Shown in pieces: positions 1-9,501 of a DNA stretch of 64,000 nt. Within the stretch, counting starts at the first letter, position 1; every line of letters begins with the position of its first letter. A program made the position numbers and the translations under genes. The DNA lies in contig CANIAP010000005.1 of NCBI GenBank assembly GCA_947465765.1, positions 11,860-75,859 of the forward strand, written 5' to 3'. This DNA comes from a bacterium (GTDB lineage Bacteria; Margulisbacteria; Marinamargulisbacteria; SXXA01). The notes below the pieces were generated by a model. It did no database searches and was not told the DNA's origin. It was given only the letters and a program-made list of their open reading frames with translations.

Positions 1-1738
1 CAATCGTTTTCATCTTTTTTTTGCCTTCTTTTTGTTTGTCGAGTAGTTTTCGCTTGCGGCTGATATCGCCACCGTAGCATTTTGCGATTACATTTTTCTT
101 TATCGCAGAGATGCTTTCCCTGGCGATAATTTTGCCGCCAATGATGCCTTGGATGGCGACCTCGTATAGTTGGCGAGGAATGAGCTCTTTTAATTTTTCT
201 GCCATTTTTCTAGCGGTGAGCGGCGCTTTGCTAATATGGGCAATAAATGATAGCGCATCGACGGGATCCCCGTTGATCATCATGTCCACTTTGACCAATT
301 TGGAGGGGCGGTATTCTTCGAACCAATAATCCATGCTGGCGTATCCACGGGTCCGGGATTTGAGCTTATCAAAAAAATTGGAAATTAATTCATTTAATGG
401 CATTGAAAATGTCAGCATTTGCCGTTCTGCATCGATCAATTCGGCTTTTTTGTATTCCCCCCGATGCTCTTGCGCCAATTCGATGACTGTTCCAAGAAAC
501 TGGCTGGGAGCGATCAATGACAACCCCATATACGGTTCTTCAGTCGATGCGATGTGCTGGGCTGCTGGGAATTGCGCCGGATTTTCAATTTCAATAATGT
601 CGCCATTGGTTTTGGTGATTCGATACGTCACGTTGGGCGCGGTGGCCACCAATTCAATACCGTATTCGCGCTCTATGCGTTCTTGAACAATTTCCATGTG
701 GAGCAATCCGAGAAATCCACATCGAAATCCGAACCCAAGGGCCTGGGAGGATTCTGGGACAAAGTGGAGTGAGGCATCGTTGAGTTGTAGCTTTTCGAGG
801 GCGTCCCTCATTCCGGGATATAGCTCGGTATCTACGGGATAAAATCCGCAAAACACCATTGGTTTAGACTCTGTATAACCGGGCAATGCAATCTGAGCGG
901 ACACTTTGGCGTCGGTAATGGTATCGCCGATTCGGGCATCTACTACATTTTTGATGTTGGAAATTACGTAACCGACTTCGCCCACAGTCAAGGAATTGGA
1001 CGGAGTCATTTTGGGCCTAAAATATCCAAGATCCAATACTTCAAACACGTTTTCAGTGGACATGAGTTTGATTTTTTGGCCCCGGCAGATCGATCCGCTC
1101 ATTACCCGAACATAGGTGATGACACCCCGATATGGGTCATAATGGGCATCAAATATTAAGGCCTTGAGGGCGGTTTCTGGGTCAGTTTTAGGCCGAGGGA
1201 CGCGGCTTACAATGGCTTCCAAAATATCGTCGACGCCCAGCCCTGTTTTGGCGCTACATTGTAAACAGTCAGCGGCTTTGATTCCTAAAACTTGTTCAAT
1301 TTCTTCTGCGACGCGATGGGCATCTGCGGATGGGAGATCAATTTTGTTAATAACCGGGATAATTTCTAGGTTGTGCTCCAACGCCAAATAAAAATTGGCC
1401 ATGGTTTGGGCTTCGATGCCTTGTGTGGCATCGACCAATAACAGCGCCCCTTCGCATGCGGCTAAGGACCGCGACACTTCGTAACTAAAATCGACGTGTC
1501 CGGGCGTGTCGATTAAATTTAGTATATAGGGGTTGCCATCACGGCCAGCGTAGTCCAATCGGACGGCTTGCATTTTAATGGTGATCCCACGTTCTCGTTC
1601 AATATCCATTGAATCCAAGAGTTGATGCTTCATCTCTCGATGGGAGACCGTGTGGGTCATTTCGATTAGTCGATCGGCTAACGTCGACTTGCCATGGTCT
1701 ATGTGTGCGATAATACAAAAATTACGAATGTTTTCCAT
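1..1738 (-). CDS. lepA: Elongation factor 4 (LepA); C-terminal ~20 aa lie outside the window
   Basis: Missing from the ORF track because it is open at the window edge. The reverse complement from CAT at 1736-1738 reads [24 protein letters not shown]... GTPase motifs [17 protein letters not shown] and NKID are present, and a Lys-rich LepA-type tail lies at the window edge. Confidence 0.95.
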   Translation of the reverse strand, partial: MENIRNFCIIAHIDHGKSTLADRLIEMTHTVSHREMKHQLLDSMDIERERGITIKMQAVRLDYAGRDGNPYILNLIDTPGHVDFSYEVSRSLAACEGALLLVDATQGIEAQTMANFYLALEHNLEIIPVINKIDLPSADAHRVAEEIEQVLGIKAADCLQCSAKTGLGVDDILEAIVSRVPRPKTDPETALKALIFDAHYDPYRGVITYVRVMSGSICRGQKIKLMSTENVFEVLDLGYFRPKMTPSNSLTVGEVGYVISNIKNVVDARIGDTITDAKVSAQIALPGYTESKPMVFCGFYPVDTELYPGMRDALEKLQLNDASLHFVPESSQALGFGFRCGFLGLLHMEIVQERIEREYGIELVATAPNVTYRITKTNGDIIEIENPAQFPAAQHIASTEEPYMGLSLIAPSQFLGTVIELAQEHRGEYKKAELIDAERQMLTFSMPLNELISNFFDKLKSRTRGYASMDYWFEEYRPSKLVKVDMMINGDPVDALSFIAHISKAPLTARKMAEKLKELIPRQLYEVAIQGIIGGKIIARESISAIKKNVIAKCYGGDISRKRKLLDKQKEGKKKMKTI

Positions 1739-1794
1739 AAGCAGTCGGAGATCATATCTTATTTTCTGAATTTCGAGTACACCGGAGCGTAAAA

Positions 1795-2595
1795 ATGGCA
1801 ATTAATATTGATGGGTTACATGACATCGCAGCTGAAGCGGACCGAATTGCAATGCACTATTTCTTGCGGCGAACATTAAAAGTAGAAAGTAAGGCCGATC
1901 ATTCGCCCGTAACACAAGCGGATTTGGAAATAGAGAGAATGGTGCGACAAACGGTCAAAGATCGATGGCCTGAGGTCGGGGTTTTTGGGGAAGAGTTTGG
2001 GGAAGAATCATCTGTCGCCGTTACACGACTTATCGTTGATCCGATTGACGGGACACGAAATTTTATTCGAGGTATTCCCTTTTTTGCGACCTTGCTCGCG
2101 GTTGAGACCCATGGCGAAGTCGGTATGGGTCTCATTTCTGCGGCCTACACGGGGGAACGCTGGTGGGGGACTCGAGGAAACGGCAATCACTCCGCGATGT
2201 ATCGATCTCGATGGGATGAACATCTGATTAACGTGTCTACTATTGAGCAGCTCGATGCGGCGCAAGCGTTTCACGGGAGTTTATATGGTTGTGAAGCGGC
2301 GCTGATACCGAAAACTGTATCTACGCTCCTGGCCAAGACGAACCGACAACGCGGTGTTGGGGACTACTATCTTCATATGTTGGTTGCGTCGGGCGCAGGT
2401 GAATTCGGAATTGATTTTGGATTAAAACCTTGGGATAAGGCGGCTCTTAAAGCTATTGTTGAAGGGGCCGGAGGGCGGGTCACCGACCTTGATGGAGGGT
2501 TCTCTTTAAATGCGGATTCAATCGTCAGTTCCAATGGCCTGTTTCATGATGAAATTTTGGGAATTTTAAATCATTCAAATCAGCCTCAAAATTGA
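1795..2595 (+). CDS. Inositol monophosphatase family protein (IMPase / histidinol-phosphatase-like)
   Basis: 266-aa ORF with the IMPase signature ...[19 protein letters not shown]... and WDKAA near the C-terminus. Substrate cannot be assigned from sequence alone. Confidence 0.8.
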   Translation: MAINIDGLHDIAAEADRIAMHYFLRRTLKVESKADHSPVTQADLEIERMVRQTVKDRWPEVGVFGEEFGEESSVAVTRLIVDPIDGTRNFIRGIPFFATLLAVETHGEVGMGLISAAYTGERWWGTRGNGNHSAMYRSRWDEHLINVSTIEQLDAAQAFHGSLYGCEAALIPKTVSTLLAKTNRQRGVGDYYLHMLVASGAGEFGIDFGLKPWDKAALKAIVEGAGGRVTDLDGGFSLNADSIVSSNGLFHDEILGILNHSNQPQN

Positions 2596-2659
2596 GTTGA
2601 TTTTTTGGGCCCAATACGTTTTACTTCCACCTCTTTTTTAATCGCTCAGGAGGTAATCG

Positions 2660-3238
2660 ATGTCGGCGTCTGCCATTCCACTTGTTGATCCCATGAATTT
2701 TGTACCTAAAGAGATGTTCCTTACCAGTGGCGTTGGGGTCCACAAGGAAAAGCTCGTCTCATTTGAACTTGCCCTTCGAGATGCCGGAATTGCTGAATAT
2801 AACTTGGTTCGAGTATCAAGTATTTTTCCACCGAATTGTAAAATTATTGCTAAAGAAGAGGGCATTAAAAAATTGCGATTTGGGCAAGTTGTGTTTTGTG
2901 TGTTGTCGGACCAAGCCGTTCGCGAACAAAATCGCCTGATTGCGGCGTCTATAGGGGTTGCATTGCCACGAGATACTGCGACGCATGGGTACTTATCCGA
3001 GCACCATTCCTATGGAGAGACTGAGCAGGAAGCCAGTGATTATGCTGAGGATATGGCCGCTGAAATGTTGGCGACAACACTCGGTATTCCAGTGGAGTCG
3101 GGACTTCATTTTGACGAACGAAAAAACTATTGGCGCCTCCAAGACGAGATTGTGGATGTTAAGACCATTACCCAATCCGCGATTGGAAAAAAAGATATGT
3201 GGACGACGGTTGTTGCCGGTTCAGTCCTTATTTTTTAA
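2660..3238 (+). CDS. pdaD: Pyruvoyl-dependent arginine decarboxylase
   Basis: 192-aa ORF preceded by AGGAGG 7 nt upstream. It has the PdaD-type N-terminus and the self-cleavage motif NLVRVSSIFPP (Ser-Ser site), and its size is typical of the family. Confidence 0.85.
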   Translation: MSASAIPLVDPMNFVPKEMFLTSGVGVHKEKLVSFELALRDAGIAEYNLVRVSSIFPPNCKIIAKEEGIKKLRFGQVVFCVLSDQAVREQNRLIAASIGVALPRDTATHGYLSEHHSYGETEQEASDYAEDMAAEMLATTLGIPVESGLHFDERKNYWRLQDEIVDVKTITQSAIGKKDMWTTVVAGSVLIF

Positions 3239-4392
3239 CTAAAATAAATCGTCCTAAATAGTGGGTCTAGGGTATCAAAAAACCGATCATCGAATGTATT
3301 TTTGATGACGGTGCCCTGGGCCTGATAACGGGTTCTCGATTGTTGAGAATGGTGAATATCGAATTTTGAACCGATCGCGGTTTGGATGGCATCGTCTTCA
3401 GAATCAATAACCCATACAGTTTTACAGAGGGCGAGTACCCCAATCTCTTCAAGCAATGCGCCCACAATGAGGACTACCGAATTGGGTGTTGATGTAATGG
3501 CACGAACGACCGCTTCTCGGATTTTGGGATGGGTAATATGATTAAGTTCTTGAAGTGCGGCAGGATTAGAAAATACAATTTCCCCGAGCACCTTACGATT
3601 AATAGTGTCGCCGTCAAAGACAATGTCGCCAAATAACTCTCGAATTTCAGCCTTAATGGGGGCGTCTAACAACAGCCTATGACCGATTATATCGAGGTCC
3701 GCTACCGTAACGTTAAAATGGCGTTCTATATAGGCGGTTGCGGCGGATTTTCCAGATCCAACCCGCCCGGTAATTCCGAGGACATATTTTGGGGGATTTA
3801 AATACAACCCGCGTTGGTAGATATACTTGGTAACATGTGCGTCGATATACGGGGAATGGGTTTGGTCTCTCAATATTGACGATGATATCGGGATATCTAT
3901 ATCAGAGTCGCACACAATCTGGCCGGCAAAAGAAGGGAAATGAAAGTGTAAGTGGTGAGTGATGTCGTCTGTACTCACTTTATTGCGATTAAACACAAGC
4001 AGGTTAACCTGGGTAAGTAATGCGCTCGCACAGTACCAGGTATGGAGTTGGAGGACGGTGTCGTCACCGATCATTAACCAAAGCTCGTGAGGCGATGGGT
4101 AATCGGCTCTAACCCCCATGATTGTGTCGACGGTCCATGAGGGGGCTTGTTGTTGGGACCATTCGCGTCGGTCGATAACAATACGGTTCCGGGGGAGCCC
4201 GGCAGAATCAAGAGCGAGAGCGACCATTTCGCATCGGTCGTCAAAAGGGGCGCTGACTGGTTTGTGCGGCGGACTTGCGGAGGGGACAATATGGATTATA
4301 TCCAACCCATGAACAGTCAGCCCTCGGGTAATTATCTCTAGATGAGCACTGTGGAATGGGTCAAAGCGGCCGCCAAAAACCCCGATTTTCAA
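3235..4392 (-). CDS. Fusion protein: nicotinate-nucleotide adenylyltransferase (NadD) N-terminal domain plus dephospho-CoA kinase (CoaE) C-terminal domain
   Basis: N-terminal half: (M)[22 protein letters not shown] and ISSSILRD (NadD nucleotidyltransferase motifs). C-terminal half: GITGRVGSGKS P-loop, DLDIIGH and INRKVLGEIVFSNPAALQELNHITHPKI (CoaE). I place the start at the TTG at 4392, which overlaps the upstream stop as TTGA and gives an MKIGVFGG N-terminus. The track start at 4422 is also a TTG. Confidence 0.8.
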   Translation of the reverse strand: MKIGVFGGRFDPFHSAHLEIITRGLTVHGLDIIHIVPSASPPHKPVSAPFDDRCEMVALALDSAGLPRNRIVIDRREWSQQQAPSWTVDTIMGVRADYPSPHELWLMIGDDTVLQLHTWYCASALLTQVNLLVFNRNKVSTDDITHHLHFHFPSFAGQIVCDSDIDIPISSSILRDQTHSPYIDAHVTKYIYQRGLYLNPPKYVLGITGRVGSGKSAATAYIERHFNVTVADLDIIGHRLLLDAPIKAEIRELFGDIVFDGDTINRKVLGEIVFSNPAALQELNHITHPKIREAVVRAITSTPNSVVLIVGALLEEIGVLALCKTVWVIDSEDDAIQTAIGSKFDIHHSQQSRTRYQAQGTVIKNTFDDRFFDTLDPLFRTIYFS

Positions 4393-5840
4393 TACGCTTG
4401 TTCCCGGCGGAACACAATCCAAATGGTTCTTAATAGGATTTTGACATCCAACACTAGCGTCCAGTTTTTGATGTAATAGAGGTCATATTTGATTTTGTAC
4501 TCGGGTCGATTGGTCAATGCGGAGCGCCCATTAATCTGTGCCCACCCGGTAATTCCTCCCTTGACCAATAATCGCTGACGGAAATGGGGAATGGTTTTTT
4601 GAAATTCTGTAACAAAATGAGGCCGTTCGGGTCGGGGGCCGACCAAACTCATTTCTCCCCTCAGGACATTGATTAACTGTGGCAACTCGTCCAAGGAAGT
4701 TTTGCGAAGAAAATTGCCATATTTAATATAGCGGGATTCGTTTTTTTCATTGACCATAATAGGACCGGTAGCTGATTCTGCGTTGGGGATCATCGTTCTG
4801 AATTTAATCATTTTAAACGATTTTCCACCGAGACCGACGCGTTCCTGGCTAAATAGCACAGGTCCGCCAGGGGATACTTTTTTAATCATCAATGCAATTC
4901 CAAGTAGTAGAGGGGATAGAAAAATAAGCCCAAATAACGAGATCGTTCGATCACCGATGTCCTTGATCGCCAACAGTGTTTTGTTGGGAGCGTAGGTGTA
5001 ATAGTGGGTCACCGGAATGCTATCGAATTCTTCGATTCGTGCGATGGACGTGACCACATCGGGGGTATCTAAGGGAGCCAGTATTTCGATGCCTTTGGTG
5101 GTACAAAATTTTCTAATTTCATCGATAGAAACGGCGTGAGTATCAGTGACGATGATAATGTCTGGTTTATTAAAAGTTATGATCTCAAAGACCTCAGACA
5201 AGGTTCCCAAAATTTTAAGTTTGCCTTTAATATTGTAATTTTCATGAACCTCTGATGAGTCATCGACGGTGCCAATATAATTAAATCCGAGTGTGGGAAA
5301 TAGTATCAATTTTTCAACAATATCTTGCGCAGTTTCATTGTTTCCGATGACGAGTGCCCGCCGATTACCCCTGCCTTTTCGAAGTGATCTGAGCTCATAT
5401 TGGAAAATAACGGTGCGAACCATAATGAGTGCAATGATGCCGATGACCCACATGTAAGCGATAACAAATCGGGAATTGGGAAACGACTTGTATATAAAAG
5501 TGAACGCCATCAATTCGATGGTTGCGATCGATACTCCTTTGACAATGGCCACCCATTCGTCGACCTCTGGCATAATTCCGGAAAAGGGCTGATATAGTCG
5601 AACGAAATAAAAAGTGAACACCCATATCAATATGACAATGCCGATTTCGTCCAGATAGGGTTCAATTTGTGCTTGTTCGTAGATTTTTCCGAATTGGAGG
5701 AACAGTACATTTTGAAAGAACCAGCCCACCTTAAATTTTAAGCAGTAGGACAATACGATGATAACGGGCGCCATGATAATGTCGGCCGCTAATCGAATAA
5801 AAGTAAATTTCCAGCGACTATTGGTAGCGTGTCGGTTCAT
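4389..5840 (-). CDS. Polyprenyl-phosphate glycosyl-1-phosphate transferase (WbaP/EpsB-type bacterial sugar transferase)
   Basis: N-terminal TM helices, a central Rossmann-like segment ([17 protein letters not shown]), and a C-terminal sugar-transferase domain ([54 protein letters not shown]). Confidence 0.85.
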   Translation of the reverse strand: MNRHATNSRWKFTFIRLAADIIMAPVIIVLSYCLKFKVGWFFQNVLFLQFGKIYEQAQIEPYLDEIGIVILIWVFTFYFVRLYQPFSGIMPEVDEWVAIVKGVSIATIELMAFTFIYKSFPNSRFVIAYMWVIGIIALIMVRTVIFQYELRSLRKGRGNRRALVIGNNETAQDIVEKLILFPTLGFNYIGTVDDSSEVHENYNIKGKLKILGTLSEVFEIITFNKPDIIIVTDTHAVSIDEIRKFCTTKGIEILAPLDTPDVVTSIARIEEFDSIPVTHYYTYAPNKTLLAIKDIGDRTISLFGLIFLSPLLLGIALMIKKVSPGGPVLFSQERVGLGGKSFKMIKFRTMIPNAESATGPIMVNEKNESRYIKYGNFLRKTSLDELPQLINVLRGEMSLVGPRPERPHFVTEFQKTIPHFRQRLLVKGGITGWAQINGRSALTNRPEYKIKYDLYYIKNWTLVLDVKILLRTIWIVFRREQAY

Positions 5841-6805
5841 TCTGATTTGAGCTCCCGTTGCATTAACTGGGTCATGACGGACGTGACTGTGGCCTCACCT
5901 GTTAATACAGTAGCTACAGCAGATAAAATGGGTACATCTAAGCCCTGAAGGCGACTATTTAAGAGTAATGCAGTGCGTGCCCCTTCAGCGATTCCTCGAT
6001 CATTTCGATCGATATGGCTGGTTTGAGCCAGATTGAAGCCACATTGCCAGTTTCTACTGGACTGCGAATAGGCCGTTGCCATTAGGTCTCCGATTCCTGA
6101 TAGACCATAAAATGTGGTTGGATTGGCCCCGACGGTGACCCCAATTCTTACCATTTCTGATAACGCACGTGTCATAAGGGCTGATTTAGCATTGGTTCCT
6201 AGCCGCAGGCCGTCGGCAATGCCCGCAGCGACGGCGTAAACATTTTTCAAAACACCGCCAAGCTCAACGCCGCATCGATCATCGGAGGTGTAAATTCGAA
6301 AATACGGACGACTAAATAGGTGCTGAAAATGACGACATAGATGTGCGTGATGAGCGGCAATGACTGATGCGCCTGGTTTTTGATTGGCCAATTCCAAGGC
6401 AAGATTGGGCCCCGACAAAACGGCTAAGTCATCGCAGCCTAGGTTGGCCTGAATGTAATCCGATACAGACTGAATATCAGAGTGCTCCGGTAGTCCTTTG
6501 ATAAGACTGATAATCGACTGTCCTCGGTAGATAGGTCGGAGGGGCAGTAGCGTGTCTAAAAATTTAGATGGTATACAGATGACCCAGCTATCGACCGCTT
6601 CTAAGTCTTCTATGTTGAGCGATGCAGTAATGCCCAGGGGAAGTTTGATTCCGGGAAGACTCAGTATATTTTCGTGCAGGGTTTGAATGGCATTGACGTA
6701 GTCGATGCGATGGCAGCATTGGATAACCGAGTGGCCATTTTCGGCTAAAATTTTAGCTGCGGTTGTCGCCCAAGCGCCGGATCCAATGACGCCAATCCGG
6801 CGCAT
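5837..6805 (-). CDS. gpsA: NAD(P)H-dependent glycerol-3-phosphate dehydrogenase
   Basis: IGVIGSGAWATTAAKILAENG dinucleotide fold plus GpsA-type C-terminal half (LKNVYAVAAGI, NWQCG). Its start overlaps the plsY stop as TAATG. Confidence 0.92.
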   Translation of the reverse strand: MRRIGVIGSGAWATTAAKILAENGHSVIQCCHRIDYVNAIQTLHENILSLPGIKLPLGITASLNIEDLEAVDSWVICIPSKFLDTLLPLRPIYRGQSIISLIKGLPEHSDIQSVSDYIQANLGCDDLAVLSGPNLALELANQKPGASVIAAHHAHLCRHFQHLFSRPYFRIYTSDDRCGVELGGVLKNVYAVAAGIADGLRLGTNAKSALMTRALSEMVRIGVTVGANPTTFYGLSGIGDLMATAYSQSSRNWQCGFNLAQTSHIDRNDRGIAEGARTALLLNSRLQGLDVPILSAVATVLTGEATVTSVMTQLMQRELKSE

Positions 6806-7407
6806 TAAACCCGATTTTCCGTTCCCTGTATCAACCTGACGATATTGGTTTTATGTCGATAGATAATAAAGACGGTAATTATTGAGGTAAACACAACGTA
6901 AGGAAGGGGGTAGTCAAATAGATAAAGTAGGAGCGGTGCCAAAATACTACAAATGATGGTTGTTGGGGCAACATAGCGAGTGACCGCAATGAGGATGGCT
7001 GCGGCAATAAATAAAACCCCAAATACGTCTGTCGCTAAAACGGCTAAAACCCCCAATCCCGTCGCGGCGCCTTTCCCCCCCTTGAAGTTAACGAAGGGGG
7101 ACAATGAATGCCCCAAAATGGCCAATCCAGCGATGACTATGTGAATAGTGGGGGATTCATTGTTAAGTGCAATCCAGGTGGGAATCGCTCCTTTGATGGC
7201 ATCCAATCCGAAGACCAGTAAAGCCGCTTTAAATCCCATGGCCCGATACACATTCGTTGCTCCAAGATTCCCTGATCCCACGGATCGGAGATCGACCCCC
7301 CTGGCCTTTGAGATGAGGAGGGAAAACGGAATGCTTCCTGATAGAAACGACAATGCGCCCAGTGCTAAGGGATGGGTCGCGAGCCAGGTGGCTAGTTCGA
7401 CGAACAT
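6805..7407 (-). CDS. plsY: Glycerol-3-phosphate acyltransferase PlsY
   Basis: 200-aa polytopic membrane protein with the PlsY motifs GSGNLGATNVYR and FKGGKGAATG. Confidence 0.92.
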   Translation of the reverse strand: MFVELATWLATHPLALGALSFLSGSIPFSLLISKARGVDLRSVGSGNLGATNVYRAMGFKAALLVFGLDAIKGAIPTWIALNNESPTIHIVIAGLAILGHSLSPFVNFKGGKGAATGLGVLAVLATDVFGVLFIAAAILIAVTRYVAPTTIICSILAPLLLYLFDYPLPYVVFTSIITVFIIYRHKTNIVRLIQGTENRV

Positions 7408-8297
7408 ACCGTTCGCTCCAAAGCGGTTGCCAGATCTTGGGTTAAATCGTCAAATACATTTTCAGCTAAAAATGAACTGCGAACATTAGGTCCGGCGAAG
7501 ACATATCGAATGCCGGCTTCTTTTGCATCCGCTTTAAGTTCTCCAAACTCATCCGGGTGGTAATATCGGACGATATCAAGGCTATTTTTATCGGGTTTGA
7601 GGTACTGTCCCAAAGTCAAAATATCGGTATTTTGAGTCCGAATATCGGCGAATGTACGTTTTAATTCATCGCGAGTTTCCCCCAATCCCACCATCAATCC
7701 TGTTTTGGTCAACATCTTTGGGTTAATCGTTTTAACGGTTTTTAGAAGAGTGAGCGACCGATCATATAAGGAGCCCTTACGGACGGTACGGTAAAGGGAA
7801 GGTACCGTTTCTAAATTGTGGTTTAAGACATCGGGTACTGCGGCCATGACAGTCGCTAAATCGGTAGTCTTGCCCTTGAAATCAGGTATTAACACTTCGA
7901 CACGGACGTGTGGATGGGCCTCTTTGATCCTGCGGACGGTCTGTGCATAGTGGGCCGCTCCGCCGTCAGATAGGTCATCGCGATTTGGGGAGGTGAGTAC
8001 CACAAATCTTAGATTTAATTTTTCAATAGAGGATGTGATTTTGTCGATTTCCGACAATTCCGGTGGCTTTGGTTTCCCGTGGACGACACTGCAAAATCCA
8101 CAATTTCGGGTACATACAGTCCCCAATATCATAAAGGTAAGGACCCCTTTAGAAAAACATTCAGATCGGTTGGGGCATTTGGCTTCTTGGCAGATGCTAT
8201 TGGGTACCTCCATCTCGAGTAACCGAGAGAGTTGGCGGGTGGCGTTGAGTTTGCCTCCGGTATTTCGAAACCATTCGGGAAGTCTAGGCTGGGACAT
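7392..8297 (-). CDS. lipA: Lipoyl synthase
   Basis: N-terminal auxiliary-cluster motif CQEAKCPNRSEC and the radical-SAM motif CTRNCGFC. Length is typical, and it overlaps plsY by 16 nt. Confidence 0.95.
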   Translation of the reverse strand: MSQPRLPEWFRNTGGKLNATRQLSRLLEMEVPNSICQEAKCPNRSECFSKGVLTFMILGTVCTRNCGFCSVVHGKPKPPELSEIDKITSSIEKLNLRFVVLTSPNRDDLSDGGAAHYAQTVRRIKEAHPHVRVEVLIPDFKGKTTDLATVMAAVPDVLNHNLETVPSLYRTVRKGSLYDRSLTLLKTVKTINPKMLTKTGLMVGLGETRDELKRTFADIRTQNTDILTLGQYLKPDKNSLDIVRYYHPDEFGELKADAKEAGIRYVFAGPNVRSSFLAENVFDDLTQDLATALERTVCSSN

Positions 8298-8403
8298 GCT
8301 ATATCTCCTGACGATAGAATCTCAAGACATTGTAAAACAACCGCCTAAAGAGTATCAGATGAGCGTATTTTACGACAGCCCTCTTGCCTGTATAGTAATC
8401 AGA

Positions 8404-9474
8404 ATGACGTCGTTCAAGTTTAAATTGAAACTGAATGTTTCAGCCGGTGCAATTGCTGTGGTTACTGTAGCTGTGGTTGGACTGATGAATGCGGCTGGTT
8501 ACCTATGGCTTGACTATGGGTTGCGGCCCCGATCGGCGCGGCCTCACTTTCTGGTCCTTTATGTTCCACCAGGATATCGGGCGTCCCAAATTGGGAATTT
8601 GCTGGAACAAAAGAGATTGATTCGAAGTCGCCGCGCTTTTGTTTTGTGGACAAAAGTGACTCGAAAAGAATCGAAATTATGGGCGGGGTATTACAACATT
8701 AGTACTCATTTTTCGGGCCAATTCATCGTTAAAATTTTGACGGAGCATACGCCCTATAGCCGGTTGGTCCGAGTCACAATTCCAGAAGGGTACTCGCTTC
8801 GGCAAATTGCAGAAACCTTGGGGAATAAAAAATTAGTGGATTCAGATGAATTCATTGACTATGTGCATAACAGCGCAAAAATGGAATTGTTACCGCAGTT
8901 TCCGTGGATGGCGATGGTTCCCACCCGTAATTTGGAGGGGGTCTTATACCCGGATACATACTTGTTTCCCCCGTCGGCATCGAAACGACTGATCGTAAAA
9001 ACTATGTTGACGGCATTTTCTCGTCAGGTACTTCCAGTTTGGAATGCGTCGAGTCCCAATGCAACGTTGAATTTTTATAATACATTGATTATGGCGTCAA
9101 TTGTGGAAAAAGAAGCCATTGTGAGTGAGGAAATGCCGGTAATAGCGGGTGTTTTTTTTAATCGGTTAGATCGTAATATGCCGCTGGCATCGGACCCCAC
9201 CGTTATTTATGCGTTAGGCTTAAATTGGAAGGATACGGTTTTTTATCGGGATTTGAAGGTCGAGTCACCTTACAATACTTATCGAAATCGAGGGTTGCCG
9301 CCCACTCCGATCGCATCGCCGGGGATCGTTTCATTCAAGGCCGCATTGCAACCGATTCGTGGAGACTACTTTTTTTTTGTTGCATCGCCTGAAGACAATG
9401 GGCGTCATATCTTTACTAGAAATTATAAAGAACATCTTTTAGCCCAAAAAAAATCCCCCTCAACAGCCAATTAG
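8404..9474 (+). CDS. mltG: Endolytic murein transglycosylase MltG (YceG family)
   Basis: N-terminal TM anchor (AGAIAVVTVAVVGLMNAAGYLW) and YceG motifs (ASIVEKEA, VFFNRL, LASDPTVIY, SPYNTYRNRGLPPTPIASPG). The track ORF begins at 7993, but its first ~135 codons are antisense to lipA. In-frame ATGs at 8359 and 8404 are the realistic starts. Confidence 0.88.
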   Translation: MTSFKFKLKLNVSAGAIAVVTVAVVGLMNAAGYLWLDYGLRPRSARPHFLVLYVPPGYRASQIGNLLEQKRLIRSRRAFVLWTKVTRKESKLWAGYYNISTHFSGQFIVKILTEHTPYSRLVRVTIPEGYSLRQIAETLGNKKLVDSDEFIDYVHNSAKMELLPQFPWMAMVPTRNLEGVLYPDTYLFPPSASKRLIVKTMLTAFSRQVLPVWNASSPNATLNFYNTLIMASIVEKEAIVSEEMPVIAGVFFNRLDRNMPLASDPTVIYALGLNWKDTVFYRDLKVESPYNTYRNRGLPPTPIASPGIVSFKAALQPIRGDYFFFVASPEDNGRHIFTRNYKEHLLAQKKSPSTAN

Positions 9475-9489
9475 GCGCTGAGGGGGATT
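9444..9489 (-). terminator. Rho-independent terminator for recJ, embedded in the 3' end of the convergent mltG
   Basis: Perfect 11-bp inverted repeat AATCCCCCTCA (9452-9462) / TGAGGGGGATT (9479-9489). On the minus strand it is followed by a T8 run (the plus-strand A-run ending at 9453). Confidence 0.6.
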
Positions 9490-9501
9490 GATAACGAGGG
9501 G

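Noticed and set aside
7993-8403. 5' extension of the mltG ORF (the track gives 493 aa from 7993), which runs antisense through the lipA N-terminal coding region.
   Set aside because: The extension has no MltG-like sequence and lies entirely opposite the well-supported lipA gene. The recognisable MltG protein, TM anchor first, begins at the in-frame ATGs at 8359 or 8404. The extension is a chance open frame.
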